This document shows positions 32,703-43,715 of a DNA stretch of 64,000 nucleotides, one piece after another. Made by a program: the position numbers and the translations under genes. Source of the stretch: Epithemia pelagica. Its lineage: Eukaryota; Protista; Bacillariophyta. The notes beneath the pieces were generated by a model. The model did no database searches. It saw only the letters and a program-made list of their open reading frames with translations, and was not told the DNA's origin. The DNA lies in contig OX337235.1 of NCBI GenBank assembly GCA_946965045.2, forward strand, positions 1,488,001 through 1,552,000, written 5' to 3'. The number at the start of each line of letters is the position of its first letter. Position 1 is the stretch's first letter.

Positions 32703-33133
32703 ATTATTGCATACTCCTACTCCTACACGGTATGCGAAAGCATAGCGATATTCCAATGCACAAAAATGAGGGGAGGAGAGACAAAATGAAAATGAGGGAC
32801 CCCTTCTTAGGAAGCGAACGATCCGGTGAAAGGATGAGCGCGAGCATTGCTTAAAGCACGTGCACCATTCAAACAGATACCAGTACAGATTACAGATACA
32901 GATCGATTCATATTCCTGTACGAATAACGTCATATAACCGCAAATCTATTCAAATAATTCCATCATCGTCACATTCCTGCCGTCAACGGCAACAACGTGA
33001 CAACCAAAAGCGGGTCCTTGTTCCTTGTTTTCATCCCATCAAATCAAAATCTGTCTCTACTTCTTGGCTGGCCTTCTGCATCTGGATTCTGGATGCTCAT
33101 TGTTTGAACGACACGTATACAAGAATATAGATC

Positions 33134-34225
33134 ATGTCGCCCTCTAAAAGCTCACCATGCACAGAAAAGGATCTGGAAGCTCCTCTTCTCGAAGAAGAGA
33201 CAGACAACCTCAAAGAGGTTTCCTTGTATGACAGTAATGCAGATGAAGAGGCTTCCGTCGAGCTTCCGGTCCAAACAAGAACTCGACTCAACGTTCTCTC
33301 TGTGGGAACTGGAGTTTTCGTTGGTCTGATCTCCCAAGTCATCTTGACGGCCTGTATGTGGGATAACTCGTTGTTGGATCGATCGATGCGAGAAATTTTG
33401 GTCTTCAGCATGATCTGGTCTGTTGTCTCCTGCCTTCTCGTTAACTTTTCCATGGCAATTTTCCTACATGACATGAAGGCTAGTTTCTATCGGGCAAAGG
33501 ATGAAGACGATGAGAGCGTGTGGAACAAAGCTTCTTCGACCATGGAAGCTTATGTTATCGGTGGAGCTGGTTTGGCAGTTACAATTTGGTGGCTTACACT
33601 CAACTCAGAATGGTGGACAACTCTTCACATTGGACGAGCGGCACTCCCCCTGTCAACTTCCGAGACGGTGGTATTTTTGATTGCAGCAACCATTCTGTAC
33701 ATTTTCTTCATGGCTCTTGTGATGCCTTGCAGAAGTGGCGCCCCTGCCTGGTGGCATTGTTTGATCGCCAGTATTCTTGGCCTGGTTATTGGTTTTGGTT
33801 CTCAATCCGGCCTGAGTGCCTTCTTTTGGGCTGGAATCTTGCCCAAACCAGCCCCTTCAAGTCTCCTTGTTTTCAGCATGGCATGGACTGGCTTCACCAT
33901 AGGTTTGACCTTTCTTGGTCATGTGGCCCTGCGAAGCCTCAAACCCTCATCTTCAAGCAATGGTTCTCTGGCTGCGGAACGCGCCTACCTTCGCATGGAA
34001 TCATTCTATGTGCTCTGTTCTCTTGTAGGAATTTGTTTTGCTTGGACTTCCTTGGATGTCTTGCTCGGCCTCAAACAGCAGATTGTTCCCTCGCTGCTGA
34101 TGCTCCTTTTCAGTTTGATGCTGTTCCGAGTGATTCTCTACTGTTTCCCGGAAGAAAAGTGCCTCGAAGAGTATGAACAAGAAAATAAGGCCAAGGCCAC
34201 CTCATCGAAAGAGTTGCTTCTTTAG
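33134..34225 (+). CDS. Membrane protein with two copies of the ~4-TM repeat unit
   Basis: GVFVGLISQ..FSMIWS..MEAY and GLVIGFGSQ..FSMAWT..MESFYVLCSLVGICFAWTSLDVLLG. Confidence 0.78.
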   Translation: MSPSKSSPCTEKDLEAPLLEEETDNLKEVSLYDSNADEEASVELPVQTRTRLNVLSVGTGVFVGLISQVILTACMWDNSLLDRSMREILVFSMIWSVVSCLLVNFSMAIFLHDMKASFYRAKDEDDESVWNKASSTMEAYVIGGAGLAVTIWWLTLNSEWWTTLHIGRAALPLSTSETVVFLIAATILYIFFMALVMPCRSGAPAWWHCLIASILGLVIGFGSQSGLSAFFWAGILPKPAPSSLLVFSMAWTGFTIGLTFLGHVALRSLKPSSSSNGSLAAERAYLRMESFYVLCSLVGICFAWTSLDVLLGLKQQIVPSLLMLLFSLMLFRVILYCFPEEKCLEEYEQENKAKATSSKELLL

Positions 34226-34721
34226 TTGCGGATACAAACATGGGGTTTGTATTCCCAACGTTTCAGTGTTCTGTATTTCCCTCGTTACATAAGTTAACTT
34301 TGCATCATGGTTACTTCTCTTTCGATAATATGACAACGCATAGAGAAACGAGGCAAAGATCTGTCGCCTGGCGCGAGAATGCACCTCGCCAGACGGGCGC
34401 GATGGCATGTGCTAAAATTATTGTAGGACTGTTACCGAAGAGAACAAGAAGAACGCAGCAAACGTCATCATAGAGTCATGTCCAAGATGCGTCATAACCC
34501 GTCATAACGCGGCCGTACATCCGCCATCGTACATGATCGATATTTTAGATTGAGCCACCATCGAATCAAAGCGAATCGGCGGTATCGAGGAACAAGAGAT
34601 CAAAGCGCGCAGAGGAATCTTTCGTATTCGATTGCCTTTCCTCTGTGGTCCCCATTGAGAGAAGGTCGAACCAAAGCGGACGAAATCGCCGCAGGATCCA
34701 AGAATATCGAGTTTCACAGCC

Positions 34722-35708
34722 ATGGGACGCAGTTCGGACCAAGCCAAACTTCTTCTCTTTGGGTTGCTTCGTACGGTTTCGGCGTTGGCGTCGACCCAAC
34801 ACAGGGTTGCACCCGTGTGCTCACAAGCTATTGCGGACGCCTCGTTCCAACAAAATCAACCAGATCTGACGCTTCGCCTTGCGCATCGAACCGATGTTCC
34901 TAGTATTCAACGATGCAATCTCGCTACCTTGCCGGAGAATTACAATCAACAATTTTACAGCAATCATTTGCGACAGTGGCCCGAGTTGGCCATTGTGGTC
35001 GAGTGTGCACCGGAACAAAATGATGACCAGGCGTCGTCTGGAGACCAACTCGATGGACAGGGCCGCCTACTATTGAAGCCGGACTCTCACTACTCCTTCT
35101 CCCCGTTCCCCAATGGGAAGAAAGAATCCAACATTGTGGCCTACGTTATTGGAAAGGTTGAAGAACATGTGGAAGAAAGCATTGATGAGTCACAAGAATG
35201 GGGCCCAGCTCCCGGTTTCATTCCACCTGGATTCAAGTCAGAGAGGTTGGGCCATGTGACCAGTCTCGCTGTGCTGGAACCATATCGACGTCGTGGATTG
35301 GCGAATGCGCTCATGGAACAGTTGCATTATCATATGGAGTCGTATTATGGAGTTAAATGGGTTGGCTTACATGTACGGCATTCGAATACACCGGCTGTGA
35401 ATCTTTATAGAGGTTATGGATACAGCGCATCAGAGCTCATCCCTGCTTATTATCAGGATGGGGAAGATGCCTTTCTCATGAAAAAGGGATTAGAGCCACA
35501 GGGTTCTAGAAATAAAAAACCGTACAGCGACAGCAACAGTCTGCCCTTTTTCGGAAACTTGCGCCGGTCCAAAGGAAGAGAAGTGTCACCCCATCTCGTT
35601 CTGCCACGACAAGTAGGACGGCCCCTACCGGATGACACTGCAACAACTAATGATGACGAAGAAGAGTCATCATCAACATCATCGGAGCTACTGACGGGAA
35701 CGATGTAG
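34722..35708 (+). CDS. GNAT N-terminal acetyltransferase, NAA10/Ard1-like, with an N-terminal extension
   Basis: Motifs CNLATLPENY..FY..H..WPEL, GHVTSLAVLEPYRRRGLA, LHVRHSN..A..LY and YYQDGEDA. Confidence 0.85.
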   Translation: MGRSSDQAKLLLFGLLRTVSALASTQHRVAPVCSQAIADASFQQNQPDLTLRLAHRTDVPSIQRCNLATLPENYNQQFYSNHLRQWPELAIVVECAPEQNDDQASSGDQLDGQGRLLLKPDSHYSFSPFPNGKKESNIVAYVIGKVEEHVEESIDESQEWGPAPGFIPPGFKSERLGHVTSLAVLEPYRRRGLANALMEQLHYHMESYYGVKWVGLHVRHSNTPAVNLYRGYGYSASELIPAYYQDGEDAFLMKKGLEPQGSRNKKPYSDSNSLPFFGNLRRSKGREVSPHLVLPRQVGRPLPDDTATTNDDEEESSSTSSELLTGTM

Positions 35709-35987
35709 TTTTGTCAATCAGGTTAAGCGACAGAGAGATTTTTCTTGTCTACCATTTGTTTAGAACGATGGGGAGAATTTTTCTTTTTGGACTACATTTC
35801 AATGGTTCTTTTCGGGAATACATGTGGTCCGTCACTCAATTGCTTATTGATAATCCGCTTGTATGGTAGACTGCTCTTTAGCCGCCGCATTGATTTCACT
35901 GGTGTTTTTTCACTGATTGGCTCATTCTTGCAGTTTGCGTATTGCCGACCTGCCATCCGTCCCAAAAACAAAAAAGTGACATCATAT

Positions 35988-36244
35988 GGGTTATAGCAAG
36001 TTGCCCAATCTTATTAAAATGGATTGGACTACTGGGATTCATTTCGAAGATCGCAGCTGAAAAGAAGTTCAAGTCTACTAGAAGTTCGAGTTTCGACACA
36101 CTACATTTCATACGGGTTATAGCAAGTTGCCCAAACTTATTGAAATGGATTGGACTACTGGGATTCATTTTGAAGATCGCAGCCAACACTCTCTGAAAAG
36201 AAGTTCAAGTCTACTAGAAGTTCGAGTTCGACACACTACATTTC
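35988..36244. repeat. Two-copy tandem repeat, unit about 126-131 bp
   Basis: gggttatagcaagttgcccaa...gaagttcgagtt.cgacacactacatttc occurs at 35988 and 36114. Confidence 0.9.
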
Positions 36245-36651
36245 TGTGATTCCGTCAAAAGTCTTCGCAAAGACTCCCAGAACGGACGTTGGGTCTGACC
36301 TTTATCACCAACGTATCGAGCAGCGCCTGAACTAGCACCGAAGCCACTGTGCTTCTTCTTTTAGTGCCACTCCATGTGTTCGTACTCTTTGCCGTTGTCG
36401 CTACCCATCATCTCTTGTCGGAGAAAGTTAAAAGGACGTCGGATGTCTGGGAGGAGTTTTCGAGGGAGCTGTGAAGGGATCTCCAATACAACTGAAAACT
36501 AGTTTCTATGCATCGGTCAAAATCTGGGTCACAGACTTCTTTCACGTGTAAAACACCGGTCGCCCCATGATGACAAGCATGGGTATTGATTGTTGTTAAG
36601 CAGCAGTTTGACCCGCTGAAGCCTTCAAAGTACGTCAGGTCCCGGTAATCA

Positions 36652-38274
36652 TTACTTTGAGTGTTTCTTTGGTCGTTTCACAAGAGCCAGGCGGCCTTGA
36701 AGCCTGAGCAAATCTGGGAAAAGCTCCACTCTTCCCTGGACGAGATTTCGCAATGGTTGCAGATGACTTATACTATGGATTCGTCCAGTCTTGAGGAGTA
36801 CAGAAAGCCAAACACACAGGTGCTGGGCTCTACTTCCTTTGGAAGCTAGACGAGTCGTCAGAGCATTGAGAAGCTTTACTGCCTGCATATCGGAAAGCCC
36901 CCGACAGGTTTGCACCAACAAGCGATGGTCACGAACCGCAAGTGCAAGCTCCAATAATTTCTTTTCCCCTGATTGGAGGGCTTGATCCATCATTCTTCGT
37001 AGAGATGCTGTAGTTGCTTTTTTGGGGTGAAAACGTTCTCGAGGAGGCGGTAATGGCTTTTTCGGTTCCTCCATATCGCCATCCGGATCACCAACAGCCT
37101 TCTCCAGCAACTGCAAACGTGCCCCCACAGTATCTTTCTCAACATCCATACCATCGTCATCCTCTTCAAGTGCCGGGGCTACTCTGGATCGTTTTGTACT
37201 TGGTCCCTCCGAGATGACAGCGTCACCACCAGTATGACCAGGACCTACTACAGTCTCTTGGGACGAGAGCTTTCGTTTGGATTTCCCGTCCTTCTTTTTG
37301 TCAACCAAATCTGGATTTGTCCACTTGAGAGAAAGTTCATCATCCTTTCCGTTTAGTTGTGCAGTTGCAAGCTGATATTGTCCATTCTTGGCAAGTAATG
37401 ACAGAACGGACGATCCATGGCCCGAACGTGTCTGCACTTCTACAGTAGAGTCTAATGGGCAAGACCATGTCTTTTGAACGGCCCCACGACCAATGGAGAT
37501 CTTGTAAATCTTTTCGCCTTCCTGAACAATGGCAGTTTTCTTGTCGCATTGCCAAACTTTGAATGCGGAATCGCTGGTGACGGCAGTCTTGTCGAGAGTC
37601 ACCGACGATAGTTTCTGACCAGATGAAAGATCACACAGGATGATTTGTCCCTGCGACACTGTTGCTGCCAATGTCTGACAGACTGCAAGATTCAGACCTG
37701 CACCCTCTGTGCCGGGCAAGTCATCTAGTTTGGCGACTTTCTTTCCATTGGAATCCGCCAGAACCCGAATGGAATCTTCGTGTCGAACGACCAAGTAATC
37801 CTTTGTCACACCCAAACCAAAGGCTCCCCCACCTTTCCCAGCTTTTATCTTACGTTCTATCTTTCCCGTGGATGCATTGAATTGATGGATTTGTATTTTT
37901 CCCGACTCACGCACCGACACCAAGACGTACAAACGGAGATCCTCCGAGCGCCCACAAGCGTCGTGAAAAATGGTTGACGCTACAGCCGATATGCAGTGGG
38001 CCACAACGCCTCGATTCAAATCCCAAACAAGAAGCTGATCTTCAGAAACAACCGCCAGCAGACTGTTGGTCACGAAAAAAAGCTTGATAGGGTCCACCGA
38101 CAATAACCTCTCTTCTCCTTTGTATCGGTGCGTCAACGTCGTTTGAAGTGAACCGGATTCCACTTGAAATAGAAGGACGCGTAGAATTGAGGTCACTATA
38201 GGGGATCCTGAGCTTGACGGCACACAGGCTAATGTTTTTCCATCGGGGGACACGGCAATAAGAGAATCGTTCAT
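36652..38274 (-). CDS. UTP5/WDR43-like SSU processome protein (degenerate WD40 plus a C-terminal Utp12/Dip2 domain)
   Basis: C-terminal block SLRRMMDQALQSG...KLLNALTTRL...WLSVLL...LQGRL, preceded by a beta-propeller-like N-terminus. Confidence 0.7.
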   Translation of the reverse strand: MNDSLIAVSPDGKTLACVPSSSGSPIVTSILRVLLFQVESGSLQTTLTHRYKGEERLLSVDPIKLFFVTNSLLAVVSEDQLLVWDLNRGVVAHCISAVASTIFHDACGRSEDLRLYVLVSVRESGKIQIHQFNASTGKIERKIKAGKGGGAFGLGVTKDYLVVRHEDSIRVLADSNGKKVAKLDDLPGTEGAGLNLAVCQTLAATVSQGQIILCDLSSGQKLSSVTLDKTAVTSDSAFKVWQCDKKTAIVQEGEKIYKISIGRGAVQKTWSCPLDSTVEVQTRSGHGSSVLSLLAKNGQYQLATAQLNGKDDELSLKWTNPDLVDKKKDGKSKRKLSSQETVVGPGHTGGDAVISEGPSTKRSRVAPALEEDDDGMDVEKDTVGARLQLLEKAVGDPDGDMEEPKKPLPPPRERFHPKKATTASLRRMMDQALQSGEKKLLELALAVRDHRLLVQTCRGLSDMQAVKLLNALTTRLASKGSRAQHLCVWLSVLLKTGRIHSISHLQPLRNLVQGRVELFPDLLRLQGRLALVKRPKKHSK

Positions 38275-38606
38275 TCTGGCATTACCATCAAGATTTCACC
38301 AAAGTTCACAAGGAGAGAAAACTGTTCGATTGTCTTTGAATAGAGTGGATGGCCATGGTGGAGGGAGACGGCCAGTCAGCCAGACGAGAGACAACAAAAG
38401 CGACTTATATGCGTTCGTGCTGTTCGCGATTCGATCGCACCTCAACTGACTATCCCCCTATGAACTCTAGCTAGGAGAAGGGCGAAAGAGCTAGAAGAAT
38501 TGATACAGGCGGTCGGTTTTCTAGGTGGCCCGACTCTTGGTCAAAGTCAATGGGAGGACGATGGTTGAACTGTTACGGTTAGCAGCATGGACTGTTACAC
38601 GGTATT

Positions 38607-39602
38607 CTAGATGAGACTGCCATACCGTTCTCGGATTACGGTTCCAGGGAGTGCGCAGCTCTTGAGTTCGCCAAAGGACTTGTGTCGGGGGTACAGCAGG
38701 TTTTCCAATTTCGGCCGATCTGGCCAGTGATTGGTCGTCAGACCCTCGTCCACACATTTCTCTCGAAGGTCCCGAGTCCCCTGGTTGGTGATCCGTTCTC
38801 TTGGTACCATGCAAGTGTAGGCCACCAATCGAGTCAGGGCGTTCCGGCTCTTTGGTGAGGTCCGGAAATGTGTATTGGAATGGACCAACTTGCTATCCCA
38901 CAAGAGCAGGGAGCCTGCAGGAATCCGAAGAAGACTGTATGTCTTATACCAGAGGGCATGACCCTCGGGGACTTCGATAAAGTTGTTCTTGGGAGATGGT
39001 TGTACCGATGCCATGAGATTTTCGTGGCTTCCATCGGAATGCGAGCCTGGAAAACACACAAAGCCACCCGTCTCCTCATTGGCCTCGATCAGATTCAAGA
39101 ATCCCTGCACACACCAGTCGCTGACCGAGGTACCCTGATCGACGTGAAGCCAGCCATTTTTGGTTTTGAACCGTGGGTCCAGGGCAGGATTGCGATAGAC
39201 GCCAATGGAGTCAAAGCTTGTGATAAGATCACTGGGTTGACAGCCATGCACCAGAGCAAACGCCTTTTGGACGCAGGGTTGATTCCGACACTCCCAAGCA
39301 AACTCTGACTGACCAATCCCAGTCTTGCTGTCTTTGATTATACCGACCGAGAAGTAACTTGGCCAGAATTGATTGCAGAGCTCCCGAGATTGAGGGTGTA
39401 TCTTGGCCATATCCCGCCAAAAGACTTGCATCAATCGATCAATTTCGGCCTGGTCAATCGCCGCCAGGACCGTATATCCATGTTTCTTGAGATAGGGCAA
39501 CCATTCTTTCTCGTCGGACAAAGTAAAGACGGGCGGTGTAAATGTCTTGATTCCAAGCTCTCGTTTACTCTTCTTTTGTTTCTTTTTCGGAGGAGGAGCC
39601 AT
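38607..39602 (-). CDS. Phytanoyl-CoA dioxygenase (PhyH)-like 2OG-Fe(II) oxygenase
   Basis: Motifs WLHVDQ, VQGFLNL, GGFVCFPGSH and AGSLLLWDSKLVH (HxD...H iron ligands). Confidence 0.85.
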   Translation of the reverse strand: MAPPPKKKQKKSKRELGIKTFTPPVFTLSDEKEWLPYLKKHGYTVLAAIDQAEIDRLMQVFWRDMAKIHPQSRELCNQFWPSYFSVGIIKDSKTGIGQSEFAWECRNQPCVQKAFALVHGCQPSDLITSFDSIGVYRNPALDPRFKTKNGWLHVDQGTSVSDWCVQGFLNLIEANEETGGFVCFPGSHSDGSHENLMASVQPSPKNNFIEVPEGHALWYKTYSLLRIPAGSLLLWDSKLVHSNTHFRTSPKSRNALTRLVAYTCMVPRERITNQGTRDLREKCVDEGLTTNHWPDRPKLENLLYPRHKSFGELKSCALPGTVIRERYGSLI

Positions 39603-39924
39603 GGTTTCGAGTTCGAGGGGGTCTTTCCACGGAAAATCTCAGTCGTTATGCTTTGTTTGTGATACCCGCACGAAAACAGAAACAAGAGCCACACCAGTCG
39701 CGCATGCACGCGACTGGTCCTCATGGTCCAACCTTTGGCTTGGGGACCAAAGGTTTCCGCATGACGACGTTCTATTATTTGAAAAGAGATGCCAGCATGG
39801 TCCGCATTGTGAAAAAACGTTTTAGTCAGACCGTGACTAGATAGTTCCCCGACGCTTCTCTTCCATCGTATGCACGACACAAAAGCCCAGCCACTCAGTC
39901 TCTTGTGGTGAGAGACGTCCACCT

Positions 39925-40480
39925 CTAGTCCTCTGTCCTCCAAGTCATGGCTTCGTAGAGGGATTGGAAACTCAAAACCAGATAAAGAGCTATACTGATG
40001 GTTCCCAGGTTGAACGAAGCCGTGTTGGTGGTTGTTGTCGTCGTGTTAGAAGTAGTAGTACTGCCACTCTTCTCGGTGAGCTGTTGTCGTTGTTGTCGGT
40101 GTTTTTGGGAAGCATGTCCCACACAATAGCCAATCCACATGAACGCGACGGAAATAACAAAGGCATAGAGGGTATTCAAGCCTGCCGATAAGCCCATGAC
40201 TCCACCCGTGACGCCGCCCGCTAAATTGTTGAGTGTCATGGGCAAGGACGAGTGCAGCGAAGCAGGTTTGGTAGGCTTGTCTGTATGGATATTCGTATCA
40301 TCATCCTTCCGCTTCTCGTTTTCGTGCTGCTGTTGCTGCTGTTCTCGGTATTCTTGCAAGGCCAAAATGGCAAAGGCTGCCGATGCCAACAGCAAGGCCG
40401 TACGATTGTTGTTGGTTGGACTGGATGCGGTTGGATGGACGACACTGGTTGCCAGTTCCTCCTCTTTTATGGAATGCCTT

Positions 40481-40512
<32 letters not shown>

Positions 40513-40755
40513 TGCTATGGATGATGGTGTGGTGGTTCGAAACAGCCAGGTACCACCCTCACCACCCGCCATGGTGGCCATCCAACATCCCAACGCATTG
40601 CACAGGGAAATGCCCCACAAGACGTGGAGTGGCAAGGGTTTGCCAGCCAGACCCACCGACAAACCCACGACGAAATTATCTGTCGAGGAGGCCGATGCCA
40701 ACAGCAAGGCATGGAAGTGATGATGATGATGATGATGATACGGATCCAACAGCAT
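39925..40755 (-). CDS. MntP/YtaF-family membrane protein (putative Mn/metal exporter) with an N-terminal His run
   Basis: LLLASASSTDNFVVGLSVG and MTLNNLAGG correspond to the two repeats of the MntP/YtaF fold; HHHHHHHFH at the N-terminus. A short upstream exon is possible. Confidence 0.65.
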
Positions 40756-41006
40756 CCTCCTTGTCCGATATGATCTATGATCTAGGTAGGCAACGGAAAC
40801 AGACGTCTTGGTCTTGAAGACACAAGACCGATGAAGGACGCACGCGCTGAGGATGACCCATGTGCGACTCAATAAATATTCAAGCCGAAGCTGTCTGCCC
40901 TTCGACCGCTTCGCAAACCATTCACTCTGTCAAACAACTTCTCATTTTTTTTTCCAACCACCCGACCATCATGTCTTCATACATTGAAACATTCTCTTGA
41001 TCTGTG

Positions 41007-42836
41007 ATGATCCAATCTACGGCAGAACGACCCCCGAAGAGAACCAGACTTGGTATTTTCACCCCTTTTGTTGCGACTGGCGCCGTTTCCACAAGCAGAT
41101 CGTCTGCAGTTGCGGAAACGGAATACTTGGCCAAATTGACGCTGCAAGAAGTCGAAACAGACGAGATATTTTTCCCAGGGGAAGGCAGAGGTCATCCAGA
41201 TCAAATTGCTATCGGTAAAAATGTCGAGAATGCCTTACAAAGGTCATGGTACAAAGAGGAGGCGCTGCGCAATGCTGTTTATACAGACCTCATCCTAAAC
41301 CACGGAATTTCGTTTCCCGAATCCTCATATCACTGGGCTGGAGAGAGGAAGCTACGCTCTTTAACGAAAGCGGATCAGCGGTACAAAGAATGTGATCTAG
41401 CGCATATCTTGCTCGACTTTCACCAACTACTCACAGGGGCCGACGCGTCACTGCCGATCACTAGACTGCTGCACGGGCTCAATGTTACGACTACATCTCT
41501 CCCGGATATGACTATTCTGAAAGAGAATTGTCTCTGCTTTGGAGAATTCAAAAATAGTAACAAACACACGAATGAGAGCGCCGCGAAGCAGTGCACACTC
41601 TATCTCTACGCTTTGATCTATTTTTTCCGAGTTCGGCTGGGATTAGATGTCAAGGCAGTCTTTGGGTTTTGGGTTTGTGGGCCTGGTTGTTTCACAAGAA
41701 CCAAGGAGTATTCCGTTGGCTTCATCCGATTGTCCGCGCCGGAGCACTTGGGAGATTCTCTTGTTCCGCAGGTTTACTCAAGCTCTCACTGCGTCAAAAG
41801 CGTGGCTGGTATTCAACAGCTTGTCAGTTTCCTAAAATTTGGCAACGCTATTGAGGCAACTCGACTAAAAGCTGTTCATGCAGACTGCCGTATCCCTGCT
41901 CTCCTTTCAATTCCCAGAAAGCTATGGGAATCCCCATTGCTCGTATCAAATGGATCAGCATCCATGGTGTTCAGAGGTTTTGGAGAAGACATGCTCAGCC
42001 TACTGTTGCAGATCAAACGGTCGATTCCATTGTTCAAGTTCTACGTTTCATCGGTGCAGGAATTCGTGAAAAGCAAAGCTGATGGGTCCATTTTCTTCCT
42101 CAAGATACGTTTGAAGGATACGACTTTGCGCGAAAATCCGGCGTCAACAGTAATGGTGCTTTTGGACGAGAAGGCGGACTTTTTTCGAGAAATGTTTCCA
42201 ATTGATCCGACTGGTGATGGGAATTGTGGAATAATTTTGATGAACAATTGCGGCGATCGCCCCGGTGATTCGGTAGCTCTTCGAAACTTGGGTTTTCCTG
42301 CTTTCTGCACCCGCTTCGCAGTTCTTTGGCAGAAGACCATTGCGATATCGGATGCCGTACTGCACGGAGATTCTCTGCCTCATAACATTGTCTACAATGC
42401 AGGCAGTGGAATACTGGTTCTCATTGATTACGATGAAGGAATTGTTGGTAGTAGCGCTCACAAAAGAATCGTGGAGGAAGACGAAGAGACGCTATTTCCA
42501 TACTTGCGCTACCCCAATTTTCTACGGGCATGGAGAAACAGACAACTTTATACTAAAGTCCAATTGGTCGCATCATTTTTGCTGCTGCAAACCCAGATGT
42601 TTCCAGTAGCCGATGCCGTTGGCAGCATCGAGGGCACATCCGCCGGAATAACTGGAGTTGCCGAACCGTACATAACTCATATTGTAAACCTGCACGAGGC
42701 GGCCAAAACAGCAAACTCGTTCCTCAAGTGTACTAATGACGATGACCCAATGAACGCACGTGGTGTCAAGGTTGCCGAGAGCGTGTACCTACTAGTGGAG
42801 CTTTTTCAGGCAACAATGGCCTTGTTTGACGACTGA
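41007..42836 (+). CDS. PD-(D/E)xK (restriction-endonuclease-like) domain plus protein-kinase-like domain; resembles Crinkler/RHS-type effector architecture
   Basis: Nuclease: LPDMTI...FGEFK...KQCTLY. Kinase-like: FFLKIR, LHGDSLPHNIVY and LIDYDEG. Intronless. Confidence 0.7.
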   Translation: MIQSTAERPPKRTRLGIFTPFVATGAVSTSRSSAVAETEYLAKLTLQEVETDEIFFPGEGRGHPDQIAIGKNVENALQRSWYKEEALRNAVYTDLILNHGISFPESSYHWAGERKLRSLTKADQRYKECDLAHILLDFHQLLTGADASLPITRLLHGLNVTTTSLPDMTILKENCLCFGEFKNSNKHTNESAAKQCTLYLYALIYFFRVRLGLDVKAVFGFWVCGPGCFTRTKEYSVGFIRLSAPEHLGDSLVPQVYSSSHCVKSVAGIQQLVSFLKFGNAIEATRLKAVHADCRIPALLSIPRKLWESPLLVSNGSASMVFRGFGEDMLSLLLQIKRSIPLFKFYVSSVQEFVKSKADGSIFFLKIRLKDTTLRENPASTVMVLLDEKADFFREMFPIDPTGDGNCGIILMNNCGDRPGDSVALRNLGFPAFCTRFAVLWQKTIAISDAVLHGDSLPHNIVYNAGSGILVLIDYDEGIVGSSAHKRIVEEDEETLFPYLRYPNFLRAWRNRQLYTKVQLVASFLLLQTQMFPVADAVGSIEGTSAGITGVAEPYITHIVNLHEAAKTANSFLKCTNDDDPMNARGVKVAESVYLLVELFQATMALFDD

Positions 42837-43151
42837 CCTGTGGACCTCCACGACGTAGATCAATCCTCAATAGTTCATGAGCTAGACGTGCAACTTTTGC
42901 CTTTTGATGAACGAAAACAGTTCAGGCAACTGTAACATCGGCTATCCAAATCCAATCTCGCCAATCGAATCGATGACAGGTGCACCAATACTCAACCCAA
43001 TTCCTGTCTGCATCCGAGTGTCTTGAACACCATCATTACAGGAACCCACCGAGTCACAGGTTGTCGTTTTGAATGCTAGCGCATTGTGGTCCACAATGTG
43101 ACACTAAAACCCCAATACCTAGAGCCCGCTTCCATATCGATTAGGTAACAG

Positions 43152-43553
43152 GATTGTTGTTGGTTGAGTGGTCAGGACTGGATGCGGTCGGATGGACGAC
43201 ACTGGCTGCCAGTTCCCCCTCTTTAATGGAATGCCTTGTCGTCGTCGTTGTTGTTGTTGCTATGGATGATGATGTGGTGGTTCGAAACAGCCAGGTACCA
43301 CCCTCACCACCCGCCATGGTGGCCATCCAACATCCAACCCATTGCACAGGGAAATGCCCCACAAGACGTGGAGTGGCAAGGATTTACCAGCCAGACCCAC
43401 CGACAAAGCCGCGACGAAATTATCTGTCGAGGAGGTCGATGCCAACAGCAAGGCATGGAAGTGATGATGATACATGATACGGATCCAACAGCATCCCTCG
43501 TCCGATGTCAGGAGAGGAGGGGGCAGGCGCTGAGGATGACCCATGTGCGACTC
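43152..43553 (-). pseudogene. Truncated, frameshifted copy of the 5' half of the MntP/YtaF-like gene
   Basis: Direct repeat of 40404-40870, with indels and a frameshift after ISLCN; the 3' half is absent. Confidence 0.88.
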
Positions 43554-43715
43554 TATTGAAAACTCAAAAAATCGGATCTTTCGATGCTTTTCTTCGATCG
43601 GCATCGTGGATTGTCGAAGGAGACGGCGATGCTTTTACTCTAAGCACTGCTATTGTTTGACGGCCCTTCGGTATCGCAACGATTCTGCAGCTTTTACAGA
43701 GCCATCCTTTCGAAG

